Shown here: one piece after another, positions 45,447 to 55,295 of the stretch
How the letters are laid out: every line of letters starts with the position of its first letter
Numbering within the stretch: the first letter of the stretch is position 1
Source: Verrucomicrobiota bacterium
Lineage (GTDB): Bacteria; Verrucomicrobiota; Verrucomicrobiia; Limisphaerales; UBA11358
Direction: 5' to 3'
Assembly: GCA_049516255.1 (NCBI GenBank)
Contig: JBEKTH010000014.1
Location: 4,726-68,725 of the forward strand
DNA length: 64,000 nt
Notes under the pieces: generated by a model
The model's database searches: none
What the model was told of the DNA's origin: nothing
What the model saw: only the letters and a program-made list of their open reading frames with translations
Made by a program: the position numbers and the translations under genes

Positions 45447-48400
45447 ATGAACCCGAACCCACCCACTCCAGCCAAAATGTCCGCGACGGGCCGCCGTTAT
45501 TGGCGGAGCCTGGATGATTTGTCCGACACGCCGGAGTTCAAGGACTGGTTGCACCGCGAATTTCCCCAAGGCGCAAGCGAGTTCAGCGACCCGGTGTCCC
45601 GACGCCATTTCGTCAAAATCATGTCCGCGTCGTTTGCGCTGGCGGGTCTGGGATTGGCGGCGGCCGGTTGCCGGCGGCCGGAGGAGGAACTCGTGCCGTT
45701 TTCAAAGGCGCCGGACGACCTCTATGACTACGGCATGCCGCAATTTTTTGCGACGGCCATGCCCACGCGTACCGGCGCCGTTCCGCTGGTCGTCAAATCC
45801 TACGACGGCCGGCCCATTAAAATCGAAGGCAACACGCTGTACCCCGGAGGCAACGGGGGGACGGACCGTTACGCCCAGGCTTCGATTTTAAATCTTTACG
45901 ATCCCGACCGCGCGCAACGCTTCACCCAGGGTGGCAAAACGGTTTCGCGGGAGGACGCGTTGAAAGCCCTCGATGAATTGTCCCAAAAATTTGCGGCCAA
46001 CCAGGGTCAGGGGCTGGCGTTTCTGGCCGAAAGCAGCGCCTCGCCGTCCCGCGTGCGGCTGCAAAAAATCATCGCGCAAAAGTTTCAGAAATCGCAGTGG
46101 TTCAACTACGACGCGATCGATTCCGGCATCCACCAGCGCGCGGCGACACGGGCATTGGGCCAACCGGTACGGCCAATCTTCCATTTCGACAAGGCAAAGG
46201 TCATTCTGTCGCTCGACTGCGATTTTCTGGGTGGTGAAGACGACGCGTATAGTTACATCGCTGGTTTTGCCAAAGGACGTAATCCGGAGGACGGCGGAAT
46301 GAACCGGCTTTACGCGGTGGAATCGCTGTTCACGCTGACCGGTGCGAGCGCGGATCATCGGCTGCGCATGGCGGCGGGTCTGGTGGGGCAGATTGCCTGG
46401 AACATTGCCAATGAAATTTATTGGCGTCCTGGAGGTCCAGTTGCCGCGAGCCGCCTTCCAGATATTCCGGTTGCAGGCATTGATCCAAAGTGGATTTTAG
46501 AATGTGCCAAAGATTTAGCTGCCGCGGGAAAAAATGCTTTGGTCGTTGCCGGCCAGCGTCAGCCGATTGAAGTTCATTTACTCGCGCACGCGATCAATTC
46601 CGCCTTGGGCGCCATCGGCAACACCGTCGAGTTGATTCCGGCTGGCGACTTCACGGGTTACAATGCCGACGGGCGCGTTTACCGGCCGACCGACAATACC
46701 GTTGCCAATGCCGCGGGCGGAACGTTCAGGGAATTGGCGCTCGCGCTCAATGCCGGAACCATCAAGACGCTGGCGATTCTTGGCGGCAACCCCGCCTATA
46801 ATTTGAATTGGTCGCAAAAGCCTGAAACCGTTGTGCGGCTGGGTTACTACGAAGACGAAACCTTCGAGAAATCCGACTGGCATTTTCCGGCGGCGCATTA
46901 TCTCGAATCATGGGGTGATGCCAAAGGTGACGCAAAAAACCTTTTGCGCGAAACCACGCAGCGGGACGTCATGTTCGTTCCGATTCAACCGTTGATTCAG
47001 CCGTTGTTCGGCGGGCTGACGGAATTGGAATTTTTGGCGCGCCTCGCCGGTGAGTCGGAAACGAATCCTTACGACATTGTCCGCAAAACCTTTGTTGATA
47101 TAGGCTGGGAAATCACTCCGGTACAGGTGGAGGAATCGTGGAAGAAGTGCCTGTTCAACGGGTTTCTGGCTTATTCGGAGGTCAGTCCCGTTAATCCGCC
47201 ACTTCATAATCGAGTTCTTCCTTTGCCGGCCGCCTCCGTCCCGTCGGCGGCCAATCTGGAAGTCATTTTCTTCCGCGACGCAAAAATGGACGACGGCCGT
47301 GACGCGAACAACGGCTGGATGCAGGAACTGCCCGATCCCGTCACCAAGATCACCTGGGACAACGCCGTGCTCATCAGCCGCAAAACGGCGCGCGAACTCG
47401 GCGTGCAGAACGGTGACCTGGTGGAAATCACTTTGAACGGGCACCAGGTGACGGGTCCCATCTGGACGCAGCCGGGCATGGCGGATTATTCGCTTGGCCT
47501 GGCGCTCGGTTATGGTCGCGAATGCGCCGGTCGGGTCGGCAGCGGGGTCGGGTTCAACGCGTACAAAATATTTACCGGAAAATACATCGAGACCGGGGCG
47601 ACCCTGCGCAAGACGGGTGGAACGCATTCGATTGTCTGCACGCAGGATCACTGGTCCATGGAAGGCCGGCCGGCCGTGCGCGAGGCGAACCTGGACGAAT
47701 TTTCCAGGAACCCGGTTTTTGCGAAGGAGATGCAGGAAAAGGAGCCGCCGGTGGTGGCACCGTTGTATCCGAACCCGCTCGACGAAGCCAAAAAAACCGC
47801 CTTGCAGCAATGGGGCTTGGTGGTGGATTTGACGGCCTGTGTGGGTTGTTCCACATGCGTGGTCGCCTGCCAGAGCGAAAACAACATACCGATTGTCGGC
47901 AGGGACCAGGTGCGGCGCGGGCGCGAAATGCACTGGATGCGGATTGACCGTTATTACACCGCCGATCCGGCGAAAAAGACGGCGACCGATTCTTTCCTCA
48001 AGGACAATGAGCAGCAATTCGAGCAATGGATTGACGACGTGCAGGCGGTGAACCAGCCGATGCTCTGCCAGATGTGCGAAGCCGCCCCGTGCGAAAACGT
48101 CTGCCCGGTCAATGCCACGACGCATGATCAGGAAGGCTTGAACGTGATGGTATACAACCGTTGCGTCGGCACGCGGTATTGCTCGAACAATTGCCCTTAC
48201 AAGGTCCGCCGCTTCAATTTTTTCGATTACAACAAGCGTCCGCTGGCCGATCTCAAGGGGCCGCTGTATCCGACGCCGCTATTGCACAAGACAGACGGCA
48301 AATGGGATCTGCTGAGCTGGTGGAAAAACCCGGACACCAGCGGCATGCGCGAGGAGGACGAATGGGACTTGCTCAAGCTGGCCAAAAACCCGGACGTGAC

Positions 48401-48797
48401 GGTGCGGAGCCGCGGGGTGATGGAGAAATGCACTTATTGCATCCAGCGCATCCAGCACGCGGAAATCGCACAAAAGGTCAAGGCCGGTCCTTCCGGCGAC
48501 GTCCGGTTGTGGGAAGCCGAAGGCACGATTCCCCGGACGGCCTGTCAGCAGGCGTGCCCGGCGCAGGCGATCACTTTTGGAGATATCAGCGACCCGGACA
48601 GCACGGTCTCCAAATGGAAAGGCTACGGCCGCAATTATGCCGTGCTGGGCGATTTGCTTACGAAGCCGCGCACGACCTACCTGGCGCGCATCCGGAATCC
48701 CAACCCCGCGATGCCGGATTATCATGCGCCCTATAGCTCCAAGGAATACGAAAATAATGGCGGCGAGCTCCATGCCATTGAGAAAGGAAACGGTTAA
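45447..48797 (+). CDS. actB: Alternative complex III subunit ActB (Tat-variant molybdopterin-oxidoreductase-like domain fused to a 4Fe-4S domain)
   Basis: RRYWRSLDDLSDTPEFKDWLHREFP with RRHF Tat-like signal. The C-terminal ferredoxin clusters are CVGCSTCVVACQSEN, CQMCEAAPCENVCP, CVGTRYCSNNCPYK and CTYCIQR. Confidence 0.93.
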   Translation: MNPNPPTPAKMSATGRRYWRSLDDLSDTPEFKDWLHREFPQGASEFSDPVSRRHFVKIMSASFALAGLGLAAAGCRRPEEELVPFSKAPDDLYDYGMPQFFATAMPTRTGAVPLVVKSYDGRPIKIEGNTLYPGGNGGTDRYAQASILNLYDPDRAQRFTQGGKTVSREDALKALDELSQKFAANQGQGLAFLAESSASPSRVRLQKIIAQKFQKSQWFNYDAIDSGIHQRAATRALGQPVRPIFHFDKAKVILSLDCDFLGGEDDAYSYIAGFAKGRNPEDGGMNRLYAVESLFTLTGASADHRLRMAAGLVGQIAWNIANEIYWRPGGPVAASRLPDIPVAGIDPKWILECAKDLAAAGKNALVVAGQRQPIEVHLLAHAINSALGAIGNTVELIPAGDFTGYNADGRVYRPTDNTVANAAGGTFRELALALNAGTIKTLAILGGNPAYNLNWSQKPETVVRLGYYEDETFEKSDWHFPAAHYLESWGDAKGDAKNLLRETTQRDVMFVPIQPLIQPLFGGLTELEFLARLAGESETNPYDIVRKTFVDIGWEITPVQVEESWKKCLFNGFLAYSEVSPVNPPLHNRVLPLPAASVPSAANLEVIFFRDAKMDDGRDANNGWMQELPDPVTKITWDNAVLISRKTARELGVQNGDLVEITLNGHQVTGPIWTQPGMADYSLGLALGYGRECAGRVGSGVGFNAYKIFTGKYIETGATLRKTGGTHSIVCTQDHWSMEGRPAVREANLDEFSRNPVFAKEMQEKEPPVVAPLYPNPLDEAKKTALQQWGLVVDLTACVGCSTCVVACQSENNIPIVGRDQVRRGREMHWMRIDRYYTADPAKKTATDSFLKDNEQQFEQWIDDVQAVNQPMLCQMCEAAPCENVCPVNATTHDQEGLNVMVYNRCVGTRYCSNNCPYKVRRFNFFDYNKRPLADLKGPLYPTPLLHKTDGKWDLLSWWKNPDTSGMREEDEWDLLKLAKNPDVTVRSRGVMEKCTYCIQRIQHAEIAQKVKAGPSGDVRLWEAEGTIPRTACQQACPAQAITFGDISDPDSTVSKWKGYGRNYAVLGDLLTKPRTTYLARIRNPNPAMPDYHAPYSSKEYENNGGELHAIEKGNG

Positions 48798-50221
48798 TGG
48801 CTGACTCCGCGACCCCATTGAAATTGCTTGTGCCGCCGGCGGAATTGCGGCGCGGGTTGCAGGTGCCCGCCCATCGCAGTCTCGGCTGGATTACGGATCA
48901 TCTCACGGCCATGCCCGAAGGCAAAACGCCGCTGTGGTGGTGGGTCCTGTTCATCCCGGCGGCGTTCTGCGCGGCCGTGGTGTTGCCGACCATGTTGATT
49001 TACCTGATTTCCACCGGCGTCGGCGTTTGGGGCAACAATGTGCCCGTGGCATGGGGCTGGGACATCATCAATTTCGTGTGGTGGGTCGGTGTCGCCCACG
49101 CGGGCACGCTGATTTCGGCGATGCTCTTTCTGACGCGGCAACACTGGCGCACGGCCATCGGGCGCGCGGCGGAGGCCATGACCGTTTTCGCCGTCATGTG
49201 CGCCGGGCTTTACCCGGCCATCCACATCGGGCGCGTCTGGTTTGCCTGGTATTTGTTCCCGATCCCGCTCACCACCGGCATGTGGCCGCAATTCCGGTCA
49301 CCGCTCATGTGGGACGTGTTCGCCGTCAACACCTATCTGATCGTTTCCTCGCTGTTCTGGTACATGGGCCTGATTCCCGACCTCGCCCTGCTGCGCGACC
49401 GGGCCCAAACCCGGGTGCGGAAATTCATTTACGGCCTGTTTGCGCTCGGCTGGATCGGCTCGGTGCGGCAATGGCACAATTATGAAAAGGCGTACCTGGT
49501 TTTGTCCGGGCTGGCGACGCTGCTCGTGTTCACCGTCAGTTCCATCGTCGGCATGGACTTCGCCACGGCACAACTCGCCGGCTGGCATGAGACCATTTTC
49601 CCGTTCTACTTTGTGGCGGGCGCGGTCTTTTGCGGCTTCGGCATGGTGCTGGTGCTGCTGATTCCCCTGCGCAAATGGTGTCATCTGGAGGAAATCATCA
49701 CCATGCGGCACATCGACCGGATCTGCAAAATGACGCTGATGATGAGCTGCATCATGGGTTATATCTACCTGATGGAATACTTCATCGCGTGGTATTCCGG
49801 CAGCCCTTATGACTCCTGGGTGTTTGGCCACCGGTTGTTCGGGCGCTATTACTGGTTCGGCGGCTGGATCATGCTGCTGGTCAACGGCCTCCTCCCGCAG
49901 TTGTTCTGGCTCAAAAAGGTGCGCCAAAATCTGGTGCTCATCTTCGTCATCGCCATCCTGATCAACATCGGCATGTGGTTTGAACGCTTCACCATCATCG
50001 TCGGCTCGTTGTACCAGGATTTCCTGCCGTCCAACTGGCATCCATTCTACCCGACCTGGGTGGATGCCTGCACCTATCTCGGCACGCTGGGTGTGTTCTT
50101 CACCATGTATCTGTTGTTCGTGCGCTTTCTGCCGATGATTGCCGTTTCGGAAGTGAAGGCCATCACGCCGCATGCCGACCCGCATCATCCGCTCGGCGGC
50201 GCGAAAGGAGCGAAACCATGA
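48797..50221 (+). CDS. actC: Alternative complex III subunit ActC (NrfD/PsrC-like quinol-interacting membrane subunit)
   Basis: A polytopic NrfD-like protein (WGWDIINFVWWVGVAHAGTLISA). Its start overlaps the actB stop (TAATG). Confidence 0.9.
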   Translation: MADSATPLKLLVPPAELRRGLQVPAHRSLGWITDHLTAMPEGKTPLWWWVLFIPAAFCAAVVLPTMLIYLISTGVGVWGNNVPVAWGWDIINFVWWVGVAHAGTLISAMLFLTRQHWRTAIGRAAEAMTVFAVMCAGLYPAIHIGRVWFAWYLFPIPLTTGMWPQFRSPLMWDVFAVNTYLIVSSLFWYMGLIPDLALLRDRAQTRVRKFIYGLFALGWIGSVRQWHNYEKAYLVLSGLATLLVFTVSSIVGMDFATAQLAGWHETIFPFYFVAGAVFCGFGMVLVLLIPLRKWCHLEEIITMRHIDRICKMTLMMSCIMGYIYLMEYFIAWYSGSPYDSWVFGHRLFGRYYWFGGWIMLLVNGLLPQLFWLKKVRQNLVLIFVIAILINIGMWFERFTIIVGSLYQDFLPSNWHPFYPTWVDACTYLGTLGVFFTMYLLFVRFLPMIAVSEVKAITPHADPHHPLGGAKGAKP

Positions 50222-50751
50222 ACCCGGTGGCCTATGGCCTCATTGCCGAGTTCGATTCGCCGGCCGCGGTGTTGCGCGCGGCGGAAAAGGTCCGGGATGC
50301 CGGCTTCCGCCGCTGGGACGTCTTTTCGCCGTTCCCGGTCCATGGGCTGGACAAGGTGATGGGTTTCAAAAATTCGCTCGTTGGCTGGTTCGCGCTCGTG
50401 TTTGGCGGCGGCGCGTTCATCGGGTCCATGCTGATGATCTGGTTTATGAACGACTTCGACTACCCGATTATTGTCGGGGGCAAGCCGATGTTCAGTGCGC
50501 CGCAGGCGCTGGTGCCGTCCTATATCCTGCTGGTGCTGGCGTCGGCCGTCGGGGCCTTCGTCGGCATGGTGGCGCTCAACCGGTTTCCGCGCCTCCATCA
50601 TCCACTGTTCAAGAATAACCGCTTTGCCATGGCCTCGCGCGACAAATTCTTTCTCGTGATTGAAGCGTCTGACCCGAAGTTTTCCGAAACCGAAACCCGC
50701 GCGCTGCTGGAGTCAGCCGGCAGCACGCACCTCGAACTGGCCTTGGAATAA
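50218..50751 (+). CDS. actD: Alternative complex III subunit ActD (DUF3341)
   Basis: YGLIAEFDSPAAVLRAAEKVRDAGFRRWDVFSPFPVHGLD is the DUF3341 signature. ATGA overlap with actC. Confidence 0.9.
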   Translation: MNPVAYGLIAEFDSPAAVLRAAEKVRDAGFRRWDVFSPFPVHGLDKVMGFKNSLVGWFALVFGGGAFIGSMLMIWFMNDFDYPIIVGGKPMFSAPQALVPSYILLVLASAVGAFVGMVALNRFPRLHHPLFKNNRFAMASRDKFFLVIEASDPKFSETETRALLESAGSTHLELALE

Positions 50752-51395
50752 TGCGCTACTTCCTGCTCATCTTCCTGACGATCGTGGCCGTGGTGTTCGG
50801 CATCGCCGGCCTGCGCGGACATCTCTCGCGCAAACCGCCCATCGAAATCATCCCGGACATGAACCGCCAGTTCAAATTGCGTCCCGAGGCGGCGGACAAC
50901 TTTTTTGCCAACGATCATACATCCCAGTTGCCACCGCCGGGCACCATTCCGCGCAGCCGGCCCCTGCAGACCGTCACCGGCCCGGTTTATCCCTTCGAAG
51001 ACGCGCCGGCCAACACGGGCTTTGTCACCGGCACGACGAATTTTGTGGAGACCAATCCGCTGCCGGTGACGCCGGCCCTGCTGCAGCAAGGCCGCGAACA
51101 GTTCGAAATTTATTGCACGCCGTGTCATGGCGCACTCGGTGACGGCAACGGCATCACCAAAAAACTTGGCGTCATGCCCTCCGTGGCCAATTTGCACGAC
51201 CCGCGCATCGTGGACATGGCCGATGGCGAGATTTTCAACACCATCACGCACGGGAAAAATTTGATGGGCGCGTACGGGCCGACGGTGCCGGTCCGGGATC
51301 GCTGGGCCATCATTGCCTATCTGCGGGCCTTGCAATTGAGCTGGCTTGGTTCGACCAATGATTTGCCGCCAGACCTGCAGGCCGCACTGAAATAG
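50751..51395 (+). CDS. actE: Alternative complex III subunit ActE (monohaem cytochrome c)
   Basis: An N-terminal TM anchor, a single CTPCHG haem motif and a downstream Met region (HGKNLMGAYG). Confidence 0.88.
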   Translation: MRYFLLIFLTIVAVVFGIAGLRGHLSRKPPIEIIPDMNRQFKLRPEAADNFFANDHTSQLPPPGTIPRSRPLQTVTGPVYPFEDAPANTGFVTGTTNFVETNPLPVTPALLQQGREQFEIYCTPCHGALGDGNGITKKLGVMPSVANLHDPRIVDMADGEIFNTITHGKNLMGAYGPTVPVRDRWAIIAYLRALQLSWLGSTNDLPPDLQAALK

Positions 51396-52642
51396 TGACC
51401 ATGAAATCATCCAACGAACCAAACTTGCCGCCGCTGGATTTATCCCGGTGGCGGAAACTGCCCGGGATTTTCATGGTCGTCGGCGCGGGGTTATCGGTCA
51501 TCGGTCTGGCCATCCGTCCGGCGGAATTTGGCTATGCGTGGCTGGTGGCGTTCATGTTTTACCTGAGCATCGCGCTGGGCGGTCTGTTCCTGGTGATGAT
51601 TCATCATCTGACCGATGCCGGCTGGTCGGTGGCCACGCGGCGGTTCTGTGAACACATCGGCGCGCTGCTGTTTCCGTGGCTGGCAATCCTGTTTGTGCCG
51701 GTCCTTTTGCTGGCGCCGAAAATTTATACCTGGATGACGCTGAACCCGCAGAATGACCGCGCCTTGAGCGCCAAATGGCCGCTGTTCACCTGGCCGGGCT
51801 TTTGCGTCGCGTCATTGCTCCTGTTCGGCGTCTGGTGGCTGCTATCCTCGCGGCTGCGTTATTGGTCGTTTCAGCAGGATGACACTGGCGATTCCGCCTG
51901 CACCCACCGCATGCGGTTCCATTCGGGGTGGGGGATACTCGCCTTCGCGGCGACCTTGACGTTCGCCTCCGTCCTCTGGATGAAATCACTGCAATACCAA
52001 TGGGCCTCGACGATTTATGGCATGTACTTTTTCGGCAGTTGCGCGTTCGTCGGCGTCGCCACGGTCTATTTGATCACGATGATTTTGCAACGGCAGGGCG
52101 TGTTGACCAGCGTGCTGCGCGACAACCAGTTTTATTACCTGGGCACGCTGCTGTTCGCCTTCACGCTGTTTTATTCCTACGTCGGCTTCGCGCAATACTT
52201 TGTCATCTGGAACGGCAACATCCCCGACGAAACCTTCTGGTACCTCATCCGTGAGAACCGTTCGTGGTGGGCGCTGGACATGCTCCTCATCTTCGGCCAT
52301 TTCCTGCTGCCGTTCCTGGTGCTGCTGCCGATCTGCGTCAAATCCAATTTCAAAGTCATGTTCTGGGTTTGCGTCTGGTCGTGGGTGATGAATTTTGCGG
52401 ACCTGGCCTTCAACATCCTGCCGGTGCTGCATCCGCACGGCTATCCGTTCAAGTGGCTCTGGCTGCAATTCGGTTGCCTCGCCTTCATGGGCGGTCTGTT
52501 AAGCCGCGTTTTCCTGAAGAATTTCAACGCGCACGCGCCGTTCCCGAAAAAGGACCCGCGCCTGCTCGAAGCCATGGGCATCAAATACGAAACGCCGGAG
52601 GACATCGCCGCCACCGCCACCAGCCCGGGAGGTCACCCATGA
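51395..52642 (+). CDS. actF: Alternative complex III subunit ActF (second NrfD-like membrane subunit)
   Basis: A polytopic membrane protein in the canonical position after actE. The start is either GTG at 51395 or ATG at 51401. Confidence 0.85.
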   Translation: MTMKSSNEPNLPPLDLSRWRKLPGIFMVVGAGLSVIGLAIRPAEFGYAWLVAFMFYLSIALGGLFLVMIHHLTDAGWSVATRRFCEHIGALLFPWLAILFVPVLLLAPKIYTWMTLNPQNDRALSAKWPLFTWPGFCVASLLLFGVWWLLSSRLRYWSFQQDDTGDSACTHRMRFHSGWGILAFAATLTFASVLWMKSLQYQWASTIYGMYFFGSCAFVGVATVYLITMILQRQGVLTSVLRDNQFYYLGTLLFAFTLFYSYVGFAQYFVIWNGNIPDETFWYLIRENRSWWALDMLLIFGHFLLPFLVLLPICVKSNFKVMFWVCVWSWVMNFADLAFNILPVLHPHGYPFKWLWLQFGCLAFMGGLLSRVFLKNFNAHAPFPKKDPRLLEAMGIKYETPEDIAATATSPGGHP

Positions 52643-53022
52643 ATTCAATCAATTCGGAAATCACCGGCGAACGTCCCGTCTGGCATGTCGGCCTCGGCTT
52701 TCTCGTCGCGAGCCTGCTTTTTGCCGCCTTCGTTTTGTGGTTGAAATGCGCCAACCCGGCCCCGGCGGTTGATGCCGACCGCGCCGCCGAGCGTGCCAAG
52801 GATTTGGCTGAAATTCGGGCCGCCGAAGCCCAGGCCCTGGACAATCCCGGCTGGATTGACCAGTCCCGCGGTGTGGTGCGCCTGCCGATCGACGTCGCCC
52901 TGCAAATGGCCGCCCAGGCCTGGCAGAATCCCGCCCAGGCGCGCGCGGATCTGATTGCCCGTGAAGCGAAGGCGACCGCGCCGGCGCCCGTGGCTCCGGC
53001 AAAGCCGAACCTGTTTGAATAA
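52639..53022 (+). CDS. Small single-TM protein, operon-embedded (possible ActG-like accessory subunit)
   Basis: The ATG at 52639 overlaps the actF stop (ATGA). It reads MNSINSEITGERPVWHVGLGFLVASLLFAAFVLWL followed by an Ala-rich soluble tail. I extracted it from ORF 52264..53022. Confidence 0.55.
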   Translation: MNSINSEITGERPVWHVGLGFLVASLLFAAFVLWLKCANPAPAVDADRAAERAKDLAEIRAAEAQALDNPGWIDQSRGVVRLPIDVALQMAAQAWQNPAQARADLIAREAKATAPAPVAPAKPNLFE

Positions 53023-53025
53023 ATC

Positions 53026-54495
53026 GTGAACGAAACTTCACAAACGAATTCATCGGCGGCGGAAATTGACCGTTCCTGCTGCATCCCGCTGCTCGCGCTG
53101 TTTGGCGGCGCGGCGCTCTGGCTCGTCGTCGGTGCGGTGCTTGCCCTCCTCGCTTCAATCAAATTTCATGCGCCGGATTTTCTCGCGAATTGCGCCTGCC
53201 TGACCTACGGCCGCCTGCAACCGGCGGCGGACGACGCGCTGCTGTACGGGTTTTGCCTTCCCGCCGGGCTTGGCGTCGCGCTGTGGCTCTTGGCGCGCCT
53301 CGGTGGGACGCCGTTGCGGGGAGTCATTGTTCCCATCGTGGCCGCCAATCTCTGGCATCTCGGTGTCACCGTCGGCCTGGTCGCCATCCTGATCGGCGAC
53401 AGCACCGGTTTTACCTGGCTGGAATTCCCGCGTGGCGGTTCGGTGCCGATTTTCTTCGCCTACCTGCTGTTGGCGCTGTGGAGCATCATGATTTTTGCCG
53501 GCCGCCGTGAACGCACGCTGTATCCCTCGCAATGGTTTTTGGTCGCTGCGCTCTTCTGGTTCCCCTGGATTTATTCGTCAGCCAATTTGTTCCTGCTCAC
53601 GAGTCCGGTGCGCGGCGTGGCGCAGGCCGTCATCGGCTGGTGGTTCGCCAATAATTTGCTGCTGGTGTGGACGGGCCTCGTGGGTTTGGGCGTGGCGTTT
53701 TATTTCCTGCCAAAAATTACAGCCCGCCCGCTGCAAAGCCATTATCTGGTGCTGTTCGCATTCTGGATGTTCATTCTCTTCGCCACCTGGTGCGGCATCC
53801 CGCCGGGTGCGCCCGTGCCGGCTTGGATGCCCACCTTGAGCGCCGTGGCCGCGGCGTGGCTGCTGGTGCCGTTGTTCGTTATTTTCCTGGTCGTCTGGCG
53901 GACCGTGTGCGGTTCGGTAAAATCCAATTGGAACAACACCTCGTTCTGTTTCATCGGTTCGGGCATTGACGCCTTCCTGCTGTCGGGACTGATGTTGATG
54001 GCGATGGCTTGCCCGGAAATCAACCGTTTTACGAATTTTACCTGGTTTGGCCCGGCGGAAACGCAACTTCGGCTCTACGGCTTCTTCGCCATGACGATGT
54101 TTGGCGCGGTTTATTATATCCTGCCGCGCGCGGTCGGCCTCGAATTTCCGTTTCCGAAACTGGCCCGCGCGCATTTCTGGCTTTCGCTGGCCGGCATTGT
54201 CTTGCTGGTCGTGCCGCTGGCCATCGGTGGCATCGTGCAGGGCTGGAAGCTGCAACACCCGGACACCGTCGCGTTTGCGGACACGACCAAGGTAATGCTG
54301 CCGTTCCTGCGTGTGAGCACGCTGGGCTTGTTGGCCATGCTGCTGGGCAACCTGCTGTTCTTTGCCAATATCATGGGCCTGACGCTTCGCTGGAAAATCG
54401 CGCTGATCAAACAATTTCTCGCCTTTGTAAAATCGCCACTGGAAGCGGCGTCCGCCTCCGCTTCGCTGCGGCGCGACAAGGAGGTGCGCGCATGA
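53026..54495 (+). CDS. CcoN-like (cbb3 oxidase subunit I homologue) membrane protein lacking the canonical His metal ligands
   Basis: It can be aligned by eye along its length to CcoN (YGRLQPA~FGRLRPLH, LEFP, GWWFANN~QWWYGHN, FYFLPK~YYFVPK, ARAHFWL~INAHFWL). The protein has only 5 His in total, and none is at a ligand position. Confidence 0.75.
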   Translation: MNETSQTNSSAAEIDRSCCIPLLALFGGAALWLVVGAVLALLASIKFHAPDFLANCACLTYGRLQPAADDALLYGFCLPAGLGVALWLLARLGGTPLRGVIVPIVAANLWHLGVTVGLVAILIGDSTGFTWLEFPRGGSVPIFFAYLLLALWSIMIFAGRRERTLYPSQWFLVAALFWFPWIYSSANLFLLTSPVRGVAQAVIGWWFANNLLLVWTGLVGLGVAFYFLPKITARPLQSHYLVLFAFWMFILFATWCGIPPGAPVPAWMPTLSAVAAAWLLVPLFVIFLVVWRTVCGSVKSNWNNTSFCFIGSGIDAFLLSGLMLMAMACPEINRFTNFTWFGPAETQLRLYGFFAMTMFGAVYYILPRAVGLEFPFPKLARAHFWLSLAGIVLLVVPLAIGGIVQGWKLQHPDTVAFADTTKVMLPFLRVSTLGLLAMLLGNLLFFANIMGLTLRWKIALIKQFLAFVKSPLEAASASASLRRDKEVRA

Positions 54496-55295
54496 AAAAC
54501 GGTTTTCTGGTCTTCCTCGCCTCGTTCGTTGTGCTCGGCGGTTCGTGGTGCGGTTTTGTGCTCGCGCCGGTTTTGCAACTGGGCGGCCAGCAACAGACCA
54601 CCATCCTCAATTCGTCTGACGTGTATCCGGTCGGCCGGCCCGGCGAGGCCAATCAGGGGTTGCAGGTTTATCGCGCCAACGGCTGCGCCGCCTGCCATAC
54701 CGAACAGATCCAGCAGGAAGGTGTCGCCTGTGACGTGGTGTTGACCAGCGTTGGAAAAAACCCGCTGGCGGTGACCAACGCGATTTCCGGCCTCAAGCTG
54801 ACCGGCCTTGACAGTGTGGCCGCCAGCGCGGCCGTTGACAGTATCAACGCCGCCGGCGGCAAGGCGGAGATTCACATTAATGCCACCGGCCCGGACATTA
54901 CGCGCGGTTGGGGGCTGCGACACAGTGTCGCCGAGGACTTTCTTTACGATGACCCGGTGCAACTGGGCAGCGTACGGATCGGACCGGACCTGGCGGACGT
55001 GGGTACGCGCCGGCCGGACGCCAACTGGCAGTTGCTTCACCTCTACGCGCCGCAAAGCGTGGTGAACGGTTCGGCGATGCCGCCGTTCCGTTATCTGTTC
55101 CGGGTCCAAAATATTGGCGGCGAACCTTCGCCGGACGCCTTGAATTTGCCGAAGGGATTTGCGCCGCCGGCCGGTTATGAAGTGGTGCCGACGGCGAAGG
55201 CGCGGGAGCTGGCGGCGTACTTGTTGAGCCTGCAGGCGGATGTTCCATTGCACGACGCGCCTTTCACCCAGCCGCCGGCCGTTTCCAAACCATGA
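54492..55295 (+). CDS. ccoO: CcoO-like monohaem cytochrome c (cbb3 oxidase subunit II homologue) with a large insertion
   Basis: The ATG at 54492 overlaps the preceding stop (ATGA). TM anchor, CAACH, then DDPVQLGSVRIGPDLADVGTRR...LLHLYAPQSVVNGSAMPPF, matching CcoO. I extracted it from ORF 54009..55295. Confidence 0.8.
   Translation: MKNGFLVFLASFVVLGGSWCGFVLAPVLQLGGQQQTTILNSSDVYPVGRPGEANQGLQVYRANGCAACHTEQIQQEGVACDVVLTSVGKNPLAVTNAISGLKLTGLDSVAASAAVDSINAAGGKAEIHINATGPDITRGWGLRHSVAEDFLYDDPVQLGSVRIGPDLADVGTRRPDANWQLLHLYAPQSVVNGSAMPPFRYLFRVQNIGGEPSPDALNLPKGFAPPAGYEVVPTAKARELAAYLLSLQADVPLHDAPFTQPPAVSKP

Noticed and set aside
46908-48125. 405-aa ORF on the minus strand inside actB. The same kind occurs at 49298..50188, 50598..51422, 53578..54414 and 54114..55253.
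   Set aside because: These are shadow ORFs opposite well-supported ACIII and cco-like genes.
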